Shown here piece after piece: positions 28,390 to 38,349 of a DNA stretch of 64,000 nt (the first letter of the stretch is position 1; each line of letters starts with the position of its first letter). Source of the DNA: Sedimentisphaerales bacterium (lineage in GTDB: Bacteria; Planctomycetota; Phycisphaerae; Sedimentisphaerales; SM23-30). The position numbers were made by a program, and so were the translations under genes. The notes under the pieces are model-generated. The model ran no database searches and was not told where the DNA came from. It saw only the letters and a program-made list of their open reading frames with translations. The stretch is from contig CAXXFK010000010.1 in NCBI GenBank assembly GCA_963663965.2, forward strand, positions 1-64,000, in the 5' to 3' direction.

Positions 28390-29640
28390 TTAATTGTTTT
28401 CCGGCGCTATAATATCCCGCCAGGTTCTAGCTTGCGGGGTTAAGTAAAATTCCTCAAAACCCCTGGGTTTATTGTCTTTAACCGAACTATCATATACCAG
28501 TTTAGCGTATTGTCCCATCTGAATAAGGCCACCTACCACCATCACCCCTTTTACGTATGATTTTCCACGCATTATCGCATCGCCGGATACATAAACCAGG
28601 CCCCGATAGCCATTGGCCCAGACATTATACTGGCTTCCATAACCCGATTCGCCAGGAAGACTTAAGTCCATATTTTGATCATCTTCATCTACATTCGTTT
28701 CCGTATTATCCCGCAATCGCCCGAAAACCACCAAACCGGGATAATCCAACCGGTAGGGTTGAATTCTAACAGAATTCTCTACGACCACTTCGCTTAAATT
28801 ATCCAATATCAGGGTACCATAGACACGGCTGTCCCTGATCGTTAAATTCCCACCTTTGCAATCAATATAATACAAACCATCACTCTGAACGGCCCCCCAC
28901 GGATTAGTCTTGTACGACAAAACTCTTTCATCAATGATTCGATAGGGTATGGCATAATAATTAATTTTGACGGCGCGATCCTTATAATACGTCCGAATCG
29001 TATCATCATATGGCATTAATTTTAATTTCCCCGTACTCTCATTTACCGTTCCTGAAATATTATACTCATATCCGATCCAGTCATAGGCTTCGGCATTTCC
29101 AGTGATGGTGGGCGTATATTGTTTATATAAATAATTATTGCTGGTTACGGCGCCCTCTATGACTGAATAATCATACATCTCAATATAATGTGCCGCTAAG
29201 GCAAAGTCCAGAATTGGCAATGGTTGCTGCTCCAGCAAAACGGATAATGACCGATTGACACCATGCAGAGTGCCCTGACCAATCATTTTAACCGGAGTCC
29301 CGATATCGTTGCCGATGACACCATCATCAGGATCTTCCACCCAAACCGTATAAGATCCAGATCCTGCGGTAATATTGTTCAGCCAGATCCCGTCCGGCAA
29401 CAAACTTCGCCAGGTTTCCGCCAGCATCGTGGAGCGAATCGCCTGCCGTATCCCCATTTCTGCCAACACATGGGCTCCCCGGCTGTCCGAACTCACTCGC
29501 TGCTGTGAACGCGCGCTGGATAATCGCTGCGCCATACCCAATAACAAAGCGATCATCACGACAACAGACACCAGGGTCAAAACATAAATGCTGCCGGTTG
29601 GGGTGGAAATCGCTCTTTTATTGACTTTTTTATAAACCAT
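28390..29640 (-). CDS. PilX/GspK-like large minor pilin
   Basis: G|SIYVLTLVSVVVMIALL (no E5) and AHVLAEMGI, followed by a beta-rich C-terminus; ATG at 29640 overlaps the upstream stop. Confidence 0.7.
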   Translation of the reverse strand: MVYKKVNKRAISTPTGSIYVLTLVSVVVMIALLLGMAQRLSSARSQQRVSSDSRGAHVLAEMGIRQAIRSTMLAETWRSLLPDGIWLNNITAGSGSYTVWVEDPDDGVIGNDIGTPVKMIGQGTLHGVNRSLSVLLEQQPLPILDFALAAHYIEMYDYSVIEGAVTSNNYLYKQYTPTITGNAEAYDWIGYEYNISGTVNESTGKLKLMPYDDTIRTYYKDRAVKINYYAIPYRIIDERVLSYKTNPWGAVQSDGLYYIDCKGGNLTIRDSRVYGTLILDNLSEVVVENSVRIQPYRLDYPGLVVFGRLRDNTETNVDEDDQNMDLSLPGESGYGSQYNVWANGYRGLVYVSGDAIMRGKSYVKGVMVVGGLIQMGQYAKLVYDSSVKDNKPRGFEEFYLTPQARTWRDIIAPENN

Positions 29641-30163
29641 AATAGGCGTTAACATCAAATTGATTATTGGTGATAATATAAACTCCCCGAGCCACTTCTC
29701 GGGTTGAATCATTGATGATGATGGTTACTTTCTTATAGCCCTGATCACTGGCTGACTCGCTGTTGAAATCCGCGCTGCTGACCCATCTCACCGTGGTATA
29801 GCGTGTGAAAGTCTCCATATCCGCATACGTTGTTCCGTTTCTGAATTTCGGAGGGTTTTCCGATAATTGATGGTAATCATCGACATCATCATAGGATGAC
29901 CGGTCGCTTCCCGACTCCCCGGTTTCCAGTCCCAAGCTGGTATAGTCGCCGTTGCCGTCCATATAATCTCTTTGCTTGATTTCACTGATTAAATCAAGAA
30001 TCAAGGTTTCGGCCGATTCGGTCCGCTTCAGCGCGGCCTGGCTATGCGCCAGTCCGCCAAATAACCGCATTGCCGACACGCCGACTATCCCGATGATCAC
30101 AGAAGCGACCATCACTTCCGCCAAAGAAAATCCAGATTTTATTTTATTCTTCCTCATCGTCAT
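29630..30163 (-). CDS. Minor pilin, PilV/GspI-like
   Basis: Class III signal peptide KSG|FSLAEVMVASVIIG. Confidence 0.85.
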   Translation of the reverse strand: MTMRKNKIKSGFSLAEVMVASVIIGIVGVSAMRLFGGLAHSQAALKRTESAETLILDLISEIKQRDYMDGNGDYTSLGLETGESGSDRSSYDDVDDYHQLSENPPKFRNGTTYADMETFTRYTTVRWVSSADFNSESASDQGYKKVTIIINDSTREVARGVYIITNNQFDVNAYYGL

Positions 30164-30627
30164 ATTTGCCGGATCATTCCTGATTGACAGATTTCAATCA
30201 TCAGGCTGTCATCATTAGCCCGCAGTTCGATCGTGCCATATTCATCCGATTGACCATACCGGTCGAAAACAACGGTATTGTCATTTTTTAAATTGACCAC
30301 CATTTCGTCGGCATGATAATCTCCCTCGTCGATGGCGATGGTCCAGAGTGTCGTTTCTGAACTGTCAAGGACATCATACTTTTGGGACTCTGGCCGGAAT
30401 CGCACTCGATATTCCTTTTGCTCGCGTCTGGATTGAAGTCGTGCATATTCCAGGTCTGCCATAATTTTATCCGACAGATGACGCAAGCCGGCATTTGAAA
30501 TGGCCCGGTGAAAGGACAAAGACGCCACTCCCAGAAAAGTCGCGATCACAACCACGACAATAATGAGTTCGATCTGGTTGATGCCGCGGGATCGTTTCCA
30601 TTTCAATGTATGCACTTCTGGACTCAT
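30160..30627 (-). CDS. Minor pilin, FimT/GspH-like
   Basis: RG|INQIELIIVVVVI, ADLEYARLQS and VVFDRYG. Confidence 0.8.
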   Translation of the reverse strand: MSPEVHTLKWKRSRGINQIELIIVVVVIATFLGVASLSFHRAISNAGLRHLSDKIMADLEYARLQSRREQKEYRVRFRPESQKYDVLDSSETTLWTIAIDEGDYHADEMVVNLKNDNTVVFDRYGQSDEYGTIELRANDDSLMIEICQSGMIRQI

Positions 30628-30628
30628 G

Positions 30629-31135
30629 CTAAAATGCCGGAGTGTTTAATAATTCAAAGTAACGACTGATTGCTTCGGGCTCACTATTCCGTTTGATGAT
30701 CAGCCAGATCCCTTCCACGCAACGCGTCCCATTGATCCATTTATAACAGGGATTGAAATACACCTCAGTTACATCATCTATGGCCGCTTCCGTGGGTCCC
30801 CCCTCAATCAGACGATCCAGGGAATTTTGAGACTGATTCCAAATATAACTGATATTTATAACCGAACTGCCATCTCCCGTTTTATCGACCGAGAAAACAA
30901 TACGATCACTCAATGCCGTCATCTGCGTAGCGATCCGGCAGTCTTCTTCCAGCATGTCAAGCAGTCGATCGACATCCTGATTCGCCGCCAGGCGCATACG
31001 CATTGCGCTGGTTGCACGATGGGTCTGTCCGAATCCCGCAATTAACACCAGCGCGATCGTTGATGCGATGGCCAATGCTGCCATCATCTCAACCAGAGTG
31101 AATGCCGGAACAATATGAACGTCTCTGAATTTCAT
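30629..31135 (-). CDS. Minor pilin, PilW/GspJ-like
   Basis: A|FTLVEMMAALAI. Confidence 0.8.
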   Translation of the reverse strand: MKFRDVHIVPAFTLVEMMAALAIASTIALVLIAGFGQTHRATSAMRMRLAANQDVDRLLDMLEEDCRIATQMTALSDRIVFSVDKTGDGSSVINISYIWNQSQNSLDRLIEGGPTEAAIDDVTEVYFNPCYKWINGTRCVEGIWLIIKRNSEPEAISRYFELLNTPAF

Positions 31136-31149
31136 TGCTAATCGTTAAC

Positions 31150-31183
31150 AAAAACACCCTCCGCTCAGGCAAGCGCAGGGTGT
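31150..31183 (-). terminator. Intrinsic terminator/attenuator after the major pilin
   Basis: Minus strand ACACCCTGCGCT-TGCCTG-AGCGGAGGGTGT followed by a T run. Confidence 0.65.
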
Positions 31184-31207
31184 CATATAGTCTGAGTTTG
31201 CAAAGGA

Positions 31208-31726
31208 TTAATAGGCGTCAAACGCGACCCCGTCATTGCCGGTATCAGAGGAATTGGCAATGATCTGACCGGTCAGGACATTATACACCCATCCAGTGCC
31301 ATCGCCGGGAGATGAGGTTAATGGCGCGGCGGAACTGATAACCGAAACCGTATTCTTCCCGGAATTCGTCCCGACGGGCAGCGCCGGAAATGTTCCGCGG
31401 ATATACGGGCCATATGGATACGCACTGTCTTTATCCGCCGAGACTTCGCCTGTCTTTTTAGAATACTCGATCAGTTGGCTTACAAACGCCTCCGGGGACG
31501 ATGCCGCATTAACGCCATCACTTTTGGCGCCGGGATAAGTAAAATTATGATCCCCATAATACCAGTCAATGGCATTACGAATGGTGGCCAGATTCGCCTT
31601 CAATGCCGACTCTCCGGCATTTTTACTACCGGAGCTGATTCTCGGTATTGCAATTGCTGCGATCACACCCAGGATTACGACAACAATTACCAATTCTACT
31701 AGACTGAATCCTTTTCTACGTGTCAT
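31208..31726 (-). CDS. Major pilin/pseudopilin (PilA/GspG-like)
   Basis: MTRRKG|FSLVELVIVVVILGVIAAIAIP, NLATIRNAIDWY...YP and GPY; strong AAGGAG RBS. Confidence 0.92.
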   Translation of the reverse strand: MTRRKGFSLVELVIVVVILGVIAAIAIPRISSGSKNAGESALKANLATIRNAIDWYYGDHNFTYPGAKSDGVNAASSPEAFVSQLIEYSKKTGEVSADKDSAYPYGPYIRGTFPALPVGTNSGKNTVSVISSAAPLTSSPGDGTGWVYNVLTGQIIANSSDTGNDGVAFDAY

Positions 31727-31799
31727 TTTGGGCTCCTTAACAACATAATAAAAACTGTATTTCGATGGTAATGACGGGAATAATATCATCTACATTTAA

Positions 31800-31827
31800 C
31801 TATCGTTCCGGGCGTGCAATCACTTCA
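31800..31827 (-). promoter_or_regulatory. sigma28 (FliA/SigD/WhiG)-like promoter for the major pilin
   Basis: TGAA-N16-AACGATAG versus the consensus TAAA-N15/16-GCCGATAA. Confidence 0.45.
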
Positions 31828-31895
31828 TAATAATCTATTGCGAACCACAAAAATAACAGGTCTGGAAATCAGTATAATTGATATAATCGTTAAAG

Positions 31896-32456
31896 TCATT
31901 TATGGAAATTCTTAACAGAAAAGGGTTCAATCGGAATTATTTTTTCAATGGTATTGTTTTCCAGCACAATATAGGAAGTTCTAATCTCTTTGACTCGCCA
32001 GCGTCCGATAAAATCGCCTGTTTTATAAATAGTATTATCTACGAAGACATAGGATTCTGAACCCTCTTGAATCACCCCGGCGACTTTTATTGGTTTTTCC
32101 TTTATCGGTACCGATAAATCCTGTACTTTTGACTCTGGGAAGCGGCTCTCTGCCGGGCTGAATATATCCCGCTTTACTCGTACATTATCAACACCCTCTG
32201 TTAACCAGCCCGGATCCCGGGCCAAATCCAAATCGTTGCGCTCAGTTAAAGTTGATGCCGCGTTTCCCGAATCAGACGAGATTTCACTGACCGCCTCCAT
32301 TCCCGGGGATGCCGTTGATATTGTTCGGACTGGACTGGGATGCACCATGGTATCATGACCGGTTGTGGCGCTGTGACGAACCACGGCATTGTCATAAATC
32401 AATGCCCCGATGGCAACAATCATAACCGTTAGATATATGATTCGTTTTTTGCTCAT
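31896..32456 (-). CDS. Membrane-anchored pilus/T2SS accessory protein (PilP/GspB/GspC-like)
   Basis: N-terminal TM segment, RDIF, and C-terminal KVAGVI...YVFVDNTIYKTGDFIGRWRVKEI; located after pilO. Confidence 0.6.
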   Translation of the reverse strand: MSKKRIIYLTVMIVAIGALIYDNAVVRHSATTGHDTMVHPSPVRTISTASPGMEAVSEISSDSGNAASTLTERNDLDLARDPGWLTEGVDNVRVKRDIFSPAESRFPESKVQDLSVPIKEKPIKVAGVIQEGSESYVFVDNTIYKTGDFIGRWRVKEIRTSYIVLENNTIEKIIPIEPFSVKNFHK

Positions 32457-32494
32457 ATCATCATTTATTTATCTATTGAACTTAACGCCGTCAC

Positions 32495-33055
32495 TCAGGG
32501 AGAAAATATGTCGAAAGTTAACTGAATGGCACACGATGCGCCATTCTCTTGTTCGTTTTCTTTTTGCATTACCTTTTCCACTGAGCTATGAGCCACGCAA
32601 ACATACGGCGCTTTTTGCTGAAGCGCTTCTACAAAACCAATAAGATCCGGAAACTGGCCGGTTAATTCGAGTTCCATCTCCTGCACATTAAAATGAGGGG
32701 TCTGACGCGCCGGTCCCGGTGATACTTGATCTATCTGCAGATTCCAGTTGCCACATATAGATTCAATGGTCCGTAGAATATTCGGTATCCCGGTGTTTTC
32801 TCTCAATACATCCCGAGCCTGACTCAACTCTTCCGCCAGTATCTGTCGCTGATTATTGAGTTGCTTTAAACTCTCCAGTTCACGAAGCGATTGTTTTTTT
32901 TCTTCGATTTTTCCTTCTTGACATTTGCGGAATTCCTGAATCCGGCCTTCGAGCGGTTTTATGGCTCCATACCACATGGTCAATCCGATCAGTACCAGCG
33001 CTGCCAGACCGATCAGATCGACATCATAAAGTCTGGGTCGGTCGCAAATCAGCAT
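32495..33055 (-). CDS. pilO: PilO/GspM-like alignment protein
   Basis: TM segment, coiled coil and LELTGQFPDLIGFVEALQ. Confidence 0.75.
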   Translation of the reverse strand: MLICDRPRLYDVDLIGLAALVLIGLTMWYGAIKPLEGRIQEFRKCQEGKIEEKKQSLRELESLKQLNNQRQILAEELSQARDVLRENTGIPNILRTIESICGNWNLQIDQVSPGPARQTPHFNVQEMELELTGQFPDLIGFVEALQQKAPYVCVAHSSVEKVMQKENEQENGASCAIQLTFDIFSP

Positions 33056-33734
33056 AGTCCAGTTCCTGTTTGAGATTGTCCTGTTCTAACGTACATCTTA
33101 TTTCGAATTCCAACTGGGATGTCATGGATGAGTTACGTCTTTGCACACGCTTCATTTCAACGATTTTAAATAAACCGGTTTTTTTAAGATTCTCCATTAA
33201 TTCCGCTAATTGACTATGATTCATGGCATATCCATCAAGAGCCAGGATATGTATGTGTTCGGAGCGCTGCGGTTCGTTTTCGGATGCCTGATCGGCGTCC
33301 GATTTCTGCTTAAGTTGAAACATTTCCATGCCGGCTGGAATTGCCGACGGCAACGTCCCCATCGTCTGTTCTGTTGGCCCCCCCAATTCCAAATGACTGT
33401 AGTATATGTCACGAGGAGTTATTTCTGATAATATTCGACCAATCCCGGCCAGGTTTGGGTAAAATTTCAGTTCCTGGAGCAAAGCGATCTTTCCCTTCCA
33501 GCGGTCAAGGTCGCTGCGAGCCTGTCTCAGTGCGTCAATATCGGACAAGGTGTTTTCGTATTCAGCGGTTACCCGTTCTACCTGATTCGATAAATCGCGA
33601 TATTGCCAATAAATCCATCCTGTCCGGATCAACATCGTTATTAACGCCAAAACACACAATCCAATCCAGATACGCATGCGCCGTTTGCGTATGGAACCAA
33701 GTCTCATTTCTATTGGAATCAGATTGACTGTCAT
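33024..33734 (-). CDS. pilN: PilN-like alignment protein
   Basis: N-terminal VNLIP, TM segment, coiled coil and LDGYAMNHSQLAELMENLK...LF. Confidence 0.8.
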   Translation of the reverse strand: MTVNLIPIEMRLGSIRKRRMRIWIGLCVLALITMLIRTGWIYWQYRDLSNQVERVTAEYENTLSDIDALRQARSDLDRWKGKIALLQELKFYPNLAGIGRILSEITPRDIYYSHLELGGPTEQTMGTLPSAIPAGMEMFQLKQKSDADQASENEPQRSEHIHILALDGYAMNHSQLAELMENLKKTGLFKIVEMKRVQRRNSSMTSQLEFEIRCTLEQDNLKQELDYADLRPTQTL

Positions 33735-33743
33735 CTATGCTGT

Positions 33744-34946
33744 TTACCTCAAAAGGGCCAATCCGGCCGCAGTGGCCCAAAGACCCGGTTCACCTCTTTC
33801 CCCGGGGATCCATGTCCGGATCTGGTCCAATAATGGGGACGAAAGCCCCTTCACCGGCATTTCCAATTCCCGGCTCATCCATTCCTGGATTCCGTTCAAG
33901 GCGCTTCCTCCGCCCAGTAAATACAATGTATCCAGCGTGAAACCATACCGGTCGGTGATCACATAATTCAACGTCCGGATGATTCCTTCAATGAATTTAT
34001 GCAAAAGCGGTTTGACGCCGATCTCAATCCCCCGCGTGACAACGGAAGCCATTTCCTGTAATAAGCCTGTTCCTCTGTTCCGGTCCCGCTCATGATCCGC
34101 ATAACGGGCCAGGCCATAAAAACACTTGACACAATCGCCTTCTTGAGGTTCGACAATCAGAGCGTCTCCCAGAGCCTGACTGAGCTGATAACCACCGATG
34201 TTAAAATATCGCGATAAAAACGGACCGTTTGAATCTGCCACAACCAAGGTGCTGGACTTTTCGGCCAGATCGATCACCACGGTCAATGATTTTTCCGACC
34301 GGTTATCTGGATCGACGGCATCCGCTCCTTCCCGGTTCTCATCATTCAGCGTTCTGCCGGGTCCCTCAGCCGGGATGAATCCGGTCCTGGCGATACGGTG
34401 GAGAACACAAGGCAAGGCGTCTACCTCACGGCAATGCAAACCGATTGACTCAACCAAACGAATTCGCCGGGCGATCCATTCACCATCCGCGCTGTAGACG
34501 ACCATGGATTGTCCTTTGCTCTTTGGTTCCACCCGGATCACCTGATAATCAAAAACCGCATGCTCGACCGCAAAATCCAGATGACCTTCCATCTCGCACT
34601 TCAGGGCGCTGAGCGTGGTCTCCCGATCAAGTCCATTTTTACCGCAAGGCAGGGACATCGGGCGGATATCCATACGGTTTGAGGGACAATGCAATATCAC
34701 CTCATGACCATCAAAATGACCCATGGCCAAAACCCGGGTTATGGTTTCTTTAAGAATCCCCTCGATCGTCTCCTGGGATACGTTGTTTTCGTTTAAAACC
34801 ATCTTTTGAGCGCGATGATAGCGATGTTCCTGCGCACAGAAAACCTCATACGATGCGCCGCTGCGACTGTATTGCACGGCGCGGATTCCGCAATGGCCAA
34901 TATCCAGCCCTATTGGACCGGGTCTGTTTTTTAGTATCTTCATCAT
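33744..34946 (-). CDS. pilM: PilM-like actin-fold assembly protein
   Basis: IGLDIG, IGG and LYLLGGGS...L...PV motifs. Confidence 0.85.
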   Translation of the reverse strand: MMKILKNRPGPIGLDIGHCGIRAVQYSRSGASYEVFCAQEHRYHRAQKMVLNENNVSQETIEGILKETITRVLAMGHFDGHEVILHCPSNRMDIRPMSLPCGKNGLDRETTLSALKCEMEGHLDFAVEHAVFDYQVIRVEPKSKGQSMVVYSADGEWIARRIRLVESIGLHCREVDALPCVLHRIARTGFIPAEGPGRTLNDENREGADAVDPDNRSEKSLTVVIDLAEKSSTLVVADSNGPFLSRYFNIGGYQLSQALGDALIVEPQEGDCVKCFYGLARYADHERDRNRGTGLLQEMASVVTRGIEIGVKPLLHKFIEGIIRTLNYVITDRYGFTLDTLYLLGGGSALNGIQEWMSRELEMPVKGLSSPLLDQIRTWIPGERGEPGLWATAAGLALLR

Positions 34947-34954
34947 GACAAAAG

Positions 34955-36202
34955 TTATGCGCTAATTTGCGATAAATCAAACATGGGCAAAATTAAAGAA
35001 ATTGCCAGACCGCCGATCACGGTGCCCATCAATACCAGAATCAACGGTTCCATTATATGAGTCAACATGCCAATCTGCGTTTCATTACGATCGTCAAGGT
35101 ACCCGGCCAGCATGGTGGTTACCTGGCCAATCTGGCTGTTTTCCTCCCCCGTGCGAACCATCTGCACCACGCTGGAATCCATAATGCCGCTGCTCTGCAT
35201 GACTTCGTACATGGAATGCCCGTTCACGACACTGTCATAAACATCCTGCATCATATCACGAAAAAGATAATTGCTGCAAGCCTGCCGGGTAAGATCCAGC
35301 GAATCAACCAAAGGAACGTTCGCTTCTACCAGCAATCCGATTAAACGCATGATGCGCGCGCTTTGAACCGATTTTATCATCAGGCCAATAACCGGCAAAC
35401 GTAACGCGGTTCGGGCGATCAAGCGTCGCCCGTACGCACTTCGCAGCCAGTAGACTATTCCAACGATCGTTCCGGCCAATCCCGCGAGACTTAATACCAT
35501 GTTCGTTCTTAAGGCGGCGGATACGGTCAGAAGCATTTTGGTGGAAGCCGGTAAATTCACTTTCATTTCCAGAAAGATATTTTCAAATCTGGGCAAAACA
35601 AAAAACAGCAACACCACCAAAACGCCAACCGCGATCATCGATAGCACAAGCGGGTATATCATGGCGGAAATGATTTTATTGCGTAATCGATCCGCGCGCT
35701 GGGAAAATGCCGCCAGCTGATTCAAAATAGAGACCATTTTCCCGGATTTCTCCCCGGCGGCAATCATACTGACATAAATTTTATCGAACACATTCGAATA
35801 GGTGTTCATCGCGGACGCCAGATTCCCCCCTTCGCGCACCTGACGGTATAATTCCGCGGCCAGGGCTTTCCAATGCGGACAGGCCATTTGTTGTTCCAGT
35901 GCGTTCAACACATCAGCCAGTTGCGTTCCCGCCTGTAGCATGATGGCCATCTGCGTCGTAAAAAAAGGAAGGTGTTTCTGTTGGGCGCGCCTGGGATCGG
36001 GTTCATTCGAATAACCGGACTTTTTCAGAATCTGTCCCCAATAACGTTTCCAGACGGTTTCCGTCTGCACGGCGGGACTGATACGCACCGGGATCAATCC
36101 CATTCGTTTAAGTTCCACATAAACCTGCGAAACATTATTCACCGCGATGGTATTGCGAATCACGGTTCCGGTACGGTTCAAGGCTTGATATTCAAATTCC
36201 AT
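34955..36202 (-). CDS. pilC: Type IV filament platform protein (PilC/GspF)
   Basis: FEYQALNRTG, MIAAGEKSG, SAMIYP, GEE...EP and ILPMF motifs. Confidence 0.93.
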   Translation of the reverse strand: MEFEYQALNRTGTVIRNTIAVNNVSQVYVELKRMGLIPVRISPAVQTETVWKRYWGQILKKSGYSNEPDPRRAQQKHLPFFTTQMAIMLQAGTQLADVLNALEQQMACPHWKALAAELYRQVREGGNLASAMNTYSNVFDKIYVSMIAAGEKSGKMVSILNQLAAFSQRADRLRNKIISAMIYPLVLSMIAVGVLVVLLFFVLPRFENIFLEMKVNLPASTKMLLTVSAALRTNMVLSLAGLAGTIVGIVYWLRSAYGRRLIARTALRLPVIGLMIKSVQSARIMRLIGLLVEANVPLVDSLDLTRQACSNYLFRDMMQDVYDSVVNGHSMYEVMQSSGIMDSSVVQMVRTGEENSQIGQVTTMLAGYLDDRNETQIGMLTHIMEPLILVLMGTVIGGLAISLILPMFDLSQISA

Positions 36203-36211
36203 CTTTGCATC

Positions 36212-37984
36212 CTATTGTGTTTTGTTTTCAACCACAGGTTTTGCCAAATCCACCTTGTCCGGTTCCTCTTCGATTTCTTCGATAAAACAGACACGCATCA
36301 TCTCTTCGATACTGGTGACTCCTTGTTCAACGCACAGGATGCCTTCATGTTTCAAATCATGCCACTTCCCGCGCTTTCTCATATATTGGCGCAATTCGTT
36401 CGCTGACGGCCGTCGAAGTATCATCTCACGCAGGGTACCGGTTAACTCCAACACTTCACAGATCGCGCGCCTCCCTTTGAAACCGCTGTCATGACACAGG
36501 GTGCAACCCTGTCCCCGGTGAAAGGCGCGATTGCGAGGACCTTCCCAGCCAATCTCATCGAGCAGGGATTCATCCGGAAAGTAGGTGGTTTTGCACTTGG
36601 GACAGATGGTCCTTAACAAACGCTGAGCGATGACACCCACCAGACTGGAAGCGAGCAGATAAGGTTCGATGCCCATGTTAATCAGGCGGGTCACCGCGCC
36701 CGGACTGTCATTGGTATGCAGGGTGCTTAAAACCAGATGCCCCGTCAGCGCCGCCTGAATGGCCACTTTTGCCGTCTCTTCATCACGAATTTCACCCAAC
36801 ATGACAATATCGGGATCCTGACGCAAGACGGACCGGAGCGCCCGGGCAAATGTTAAGCCAACCAGATCATTCACTTGAATCTGGTTGACCAATTCCAGTT
36901 GATACTCTACCGGGTCTTCGATCGTAATAATATTTTTCTCTTTACAGCGCAATAAATCCAGCGCGGAATACAGGGTAGTGGTTTTTCCGCTTCCGGTTGG
37001 TCCGGTTACCAATAACAAACCATGGGGCTTGCTCAACATGCGACGAAAGGCCATAACCATTTCCGGACTGTATCCCAACTTATCCAGATCCAGTTGCAGG
37101 TTGCTCTTGTCAAGAATACGCATAACGATCTTTTCACCCAGGATGGTTGGCATGGATGAAAGCCGCAAATCGATCTCTCGTCCATCGGTCAGAATATGGA
37201 TGCGCCCCTCTTGCGGCACCCTTTTTTCCGCAATATCCATTTGACCGATCACTTTGATACGGGAAACGATTGCGGCATGCCACTCTTTCGGAGGGGTCAT
37301 CAAGTCATGCAACATCCCGTCGATCCGATAGCGTATATGGACACAGGTTTTGTCCGGTTCAATATGGATATCGGATGCGCCTTCCTTCACGGCCTGCACC
37401 ATCGTCATGTTCACAAGATTCACAACCGGACTGCCATCGGTCATCTCAGACAGATCCACAATAATGTTCTCGTCAATGGCTTCTTTTTCAACCAGTTCGA
37501 CTTCCGCGTCGTGTAAAGAGGCGACAAAGTTGTCAATCTTGACATTTTGAGCAAAGTACTTTTTTATGTTGTCCTGGATATTGTTTGCCAGCCCGATAAC
37601 GGGCTGGATTTTCATGCCGGTATTTCGTTCCAGATCATCGACAACCAATAACGACTGGGGTTCGGACATTGCCAGCGTAAGCACTTCGTTCACTTTAAAC
37701 AGCGGCAGAATAATATGTTTTTCAGCCAATTCCTTGTCAATGCTATCGACGACCTTGGGATCGATCAGACCCGGCCGTAAAATCACCCATGGCAATCCCA
37801 ATCGCCGCGACAAACATTCCAGCACGGCGGCTTCGCTCACCAGTTTCTCTTCGACCAGCAATTCGCCCAGCTTTTTGCGACTGCTGCGCTGGCGGATAAG
37901 CACTTGATTCAGTTGCTCCTCGCTGAGATGCCCATCCTGCACCAGCATCTGTCCCATTCGAATGGCATGTGATAATAATTTCAT
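36212..37984 (-). CDS. pilB: Assembly ATPase PilB/GspE with an N-terminal MshEN-like c-di-GMP-binding motif
   Basis: GPTGSGKTTT, TIEDPVEY, LRQDPDIVMLGEIRD, TGHLVLSTLHTN and CPKC/CTLC; N-terminal RMGQMLVQDG...LIRQ...KLGELLV. Confidence 0.95.
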   Translation of the reverse strand: MKLLSHAIRMGQMLVQDGHLSEEQLNQVLIRQRSSRKKLGELLVEEKLVSEAAVLECLSRRLGLPWVILRPGLIDPKVVDSIDKELAEKHIILPLFKVNEVLTLAMSEPQSLLVVDDLERNTGMKIQPVIGLANNIQDNIKKYFAQNVKIDNFVASLHDAEVELVEKEAIDENIIVDLSEMTDGSPVVNLVNMTMVQAVKEGASDIHIEPDKTCVHIRYRIDGMLHDLMTPPKEWHAAIVSRIKVIGQMDIAEKRVPQEGRIHILTDGREIDLRLSSMPTILGEKIVMRILDKSNLQLDLDKLGYSPEMVMAFRRMLSKPHGLLLVTGPTGSGKTTTLYSALDLLRCKEKNIITIEDPVEYQLELVNQIQVNDLVGLTFARALRSVLRQDPDIVMLGEIRDEETAKVAIQAALTGHLVLSTLHTNDSPGAVTRLINMGIEPYLLASSLVGVIAQRLLRTICPKCKTTYFPDESLLDEIGWEGPRNRAFHRGQGCTLCHDSGFKGRRAICEVLELTGTLREMILRRPSANELRQYMRKRGKWHDLKHEGILCVEQGVTSIEEMMRVCFIEEIEEEPDKVDLAKPVVENKTQ

Positions 37985-38013
37985 AATAATTCAGCGTTGA
38001 CTGTAATTTAATG

Positions 38014-38349
38014 TCATAGAAAACTTTTCATTGCCAGCAGGGCATCCGGATAAACATCAAATTGCGATTCCAGCCGGGTGATTTCCAGAATTTTCTGATT
38101 TATTTCGTTTAAATGGCTGAGTTTTAATTTGGCGCCATAATCACGTAATTTATCCTGAAATGACAAAAGTAACTCCAAACCGGCGCTGTCAATAAAGGTC
38201 ACATCCTCCATATTGATCAATACTCTTCGCTCCCATTGCTTGATCAATTCGGTTAAAATCGTATCCAAATCGTCCATTTCATCGCAAACCATGGGGCCGG
38301 TTGGACGGATCATCGTCACGGTGCCTTCTTTGCGTTTGATCACATGCAT
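38014..38349 (-). CDS. STAS-domain anti-sigma factor antagonist
   Basis: VLINMEDVTFIDSAGL (phosphorylatable Ser) and ILEITRL. Confidence 0.9.
   Translation of the reverse strand: MHVIKRKEGTVTMIRPTGPMVCDEMDDLDTILTELIKQWERRVLINMEDVTFIDSAGLELLLSFQDKLRDYGAKLKLSHLNEINQKILEITRLESQFDVYPDALLAMKSFL

Noticed and set aside
31727..31895. c-di-GMP riboswitch upstream of the pilin (leaders at 41146-41382 and 44951-45515 also checked)
   Set aside because: No recognisable GEMM-I or c-di-GMP-II core by eye; an Infernal scan would be decisive
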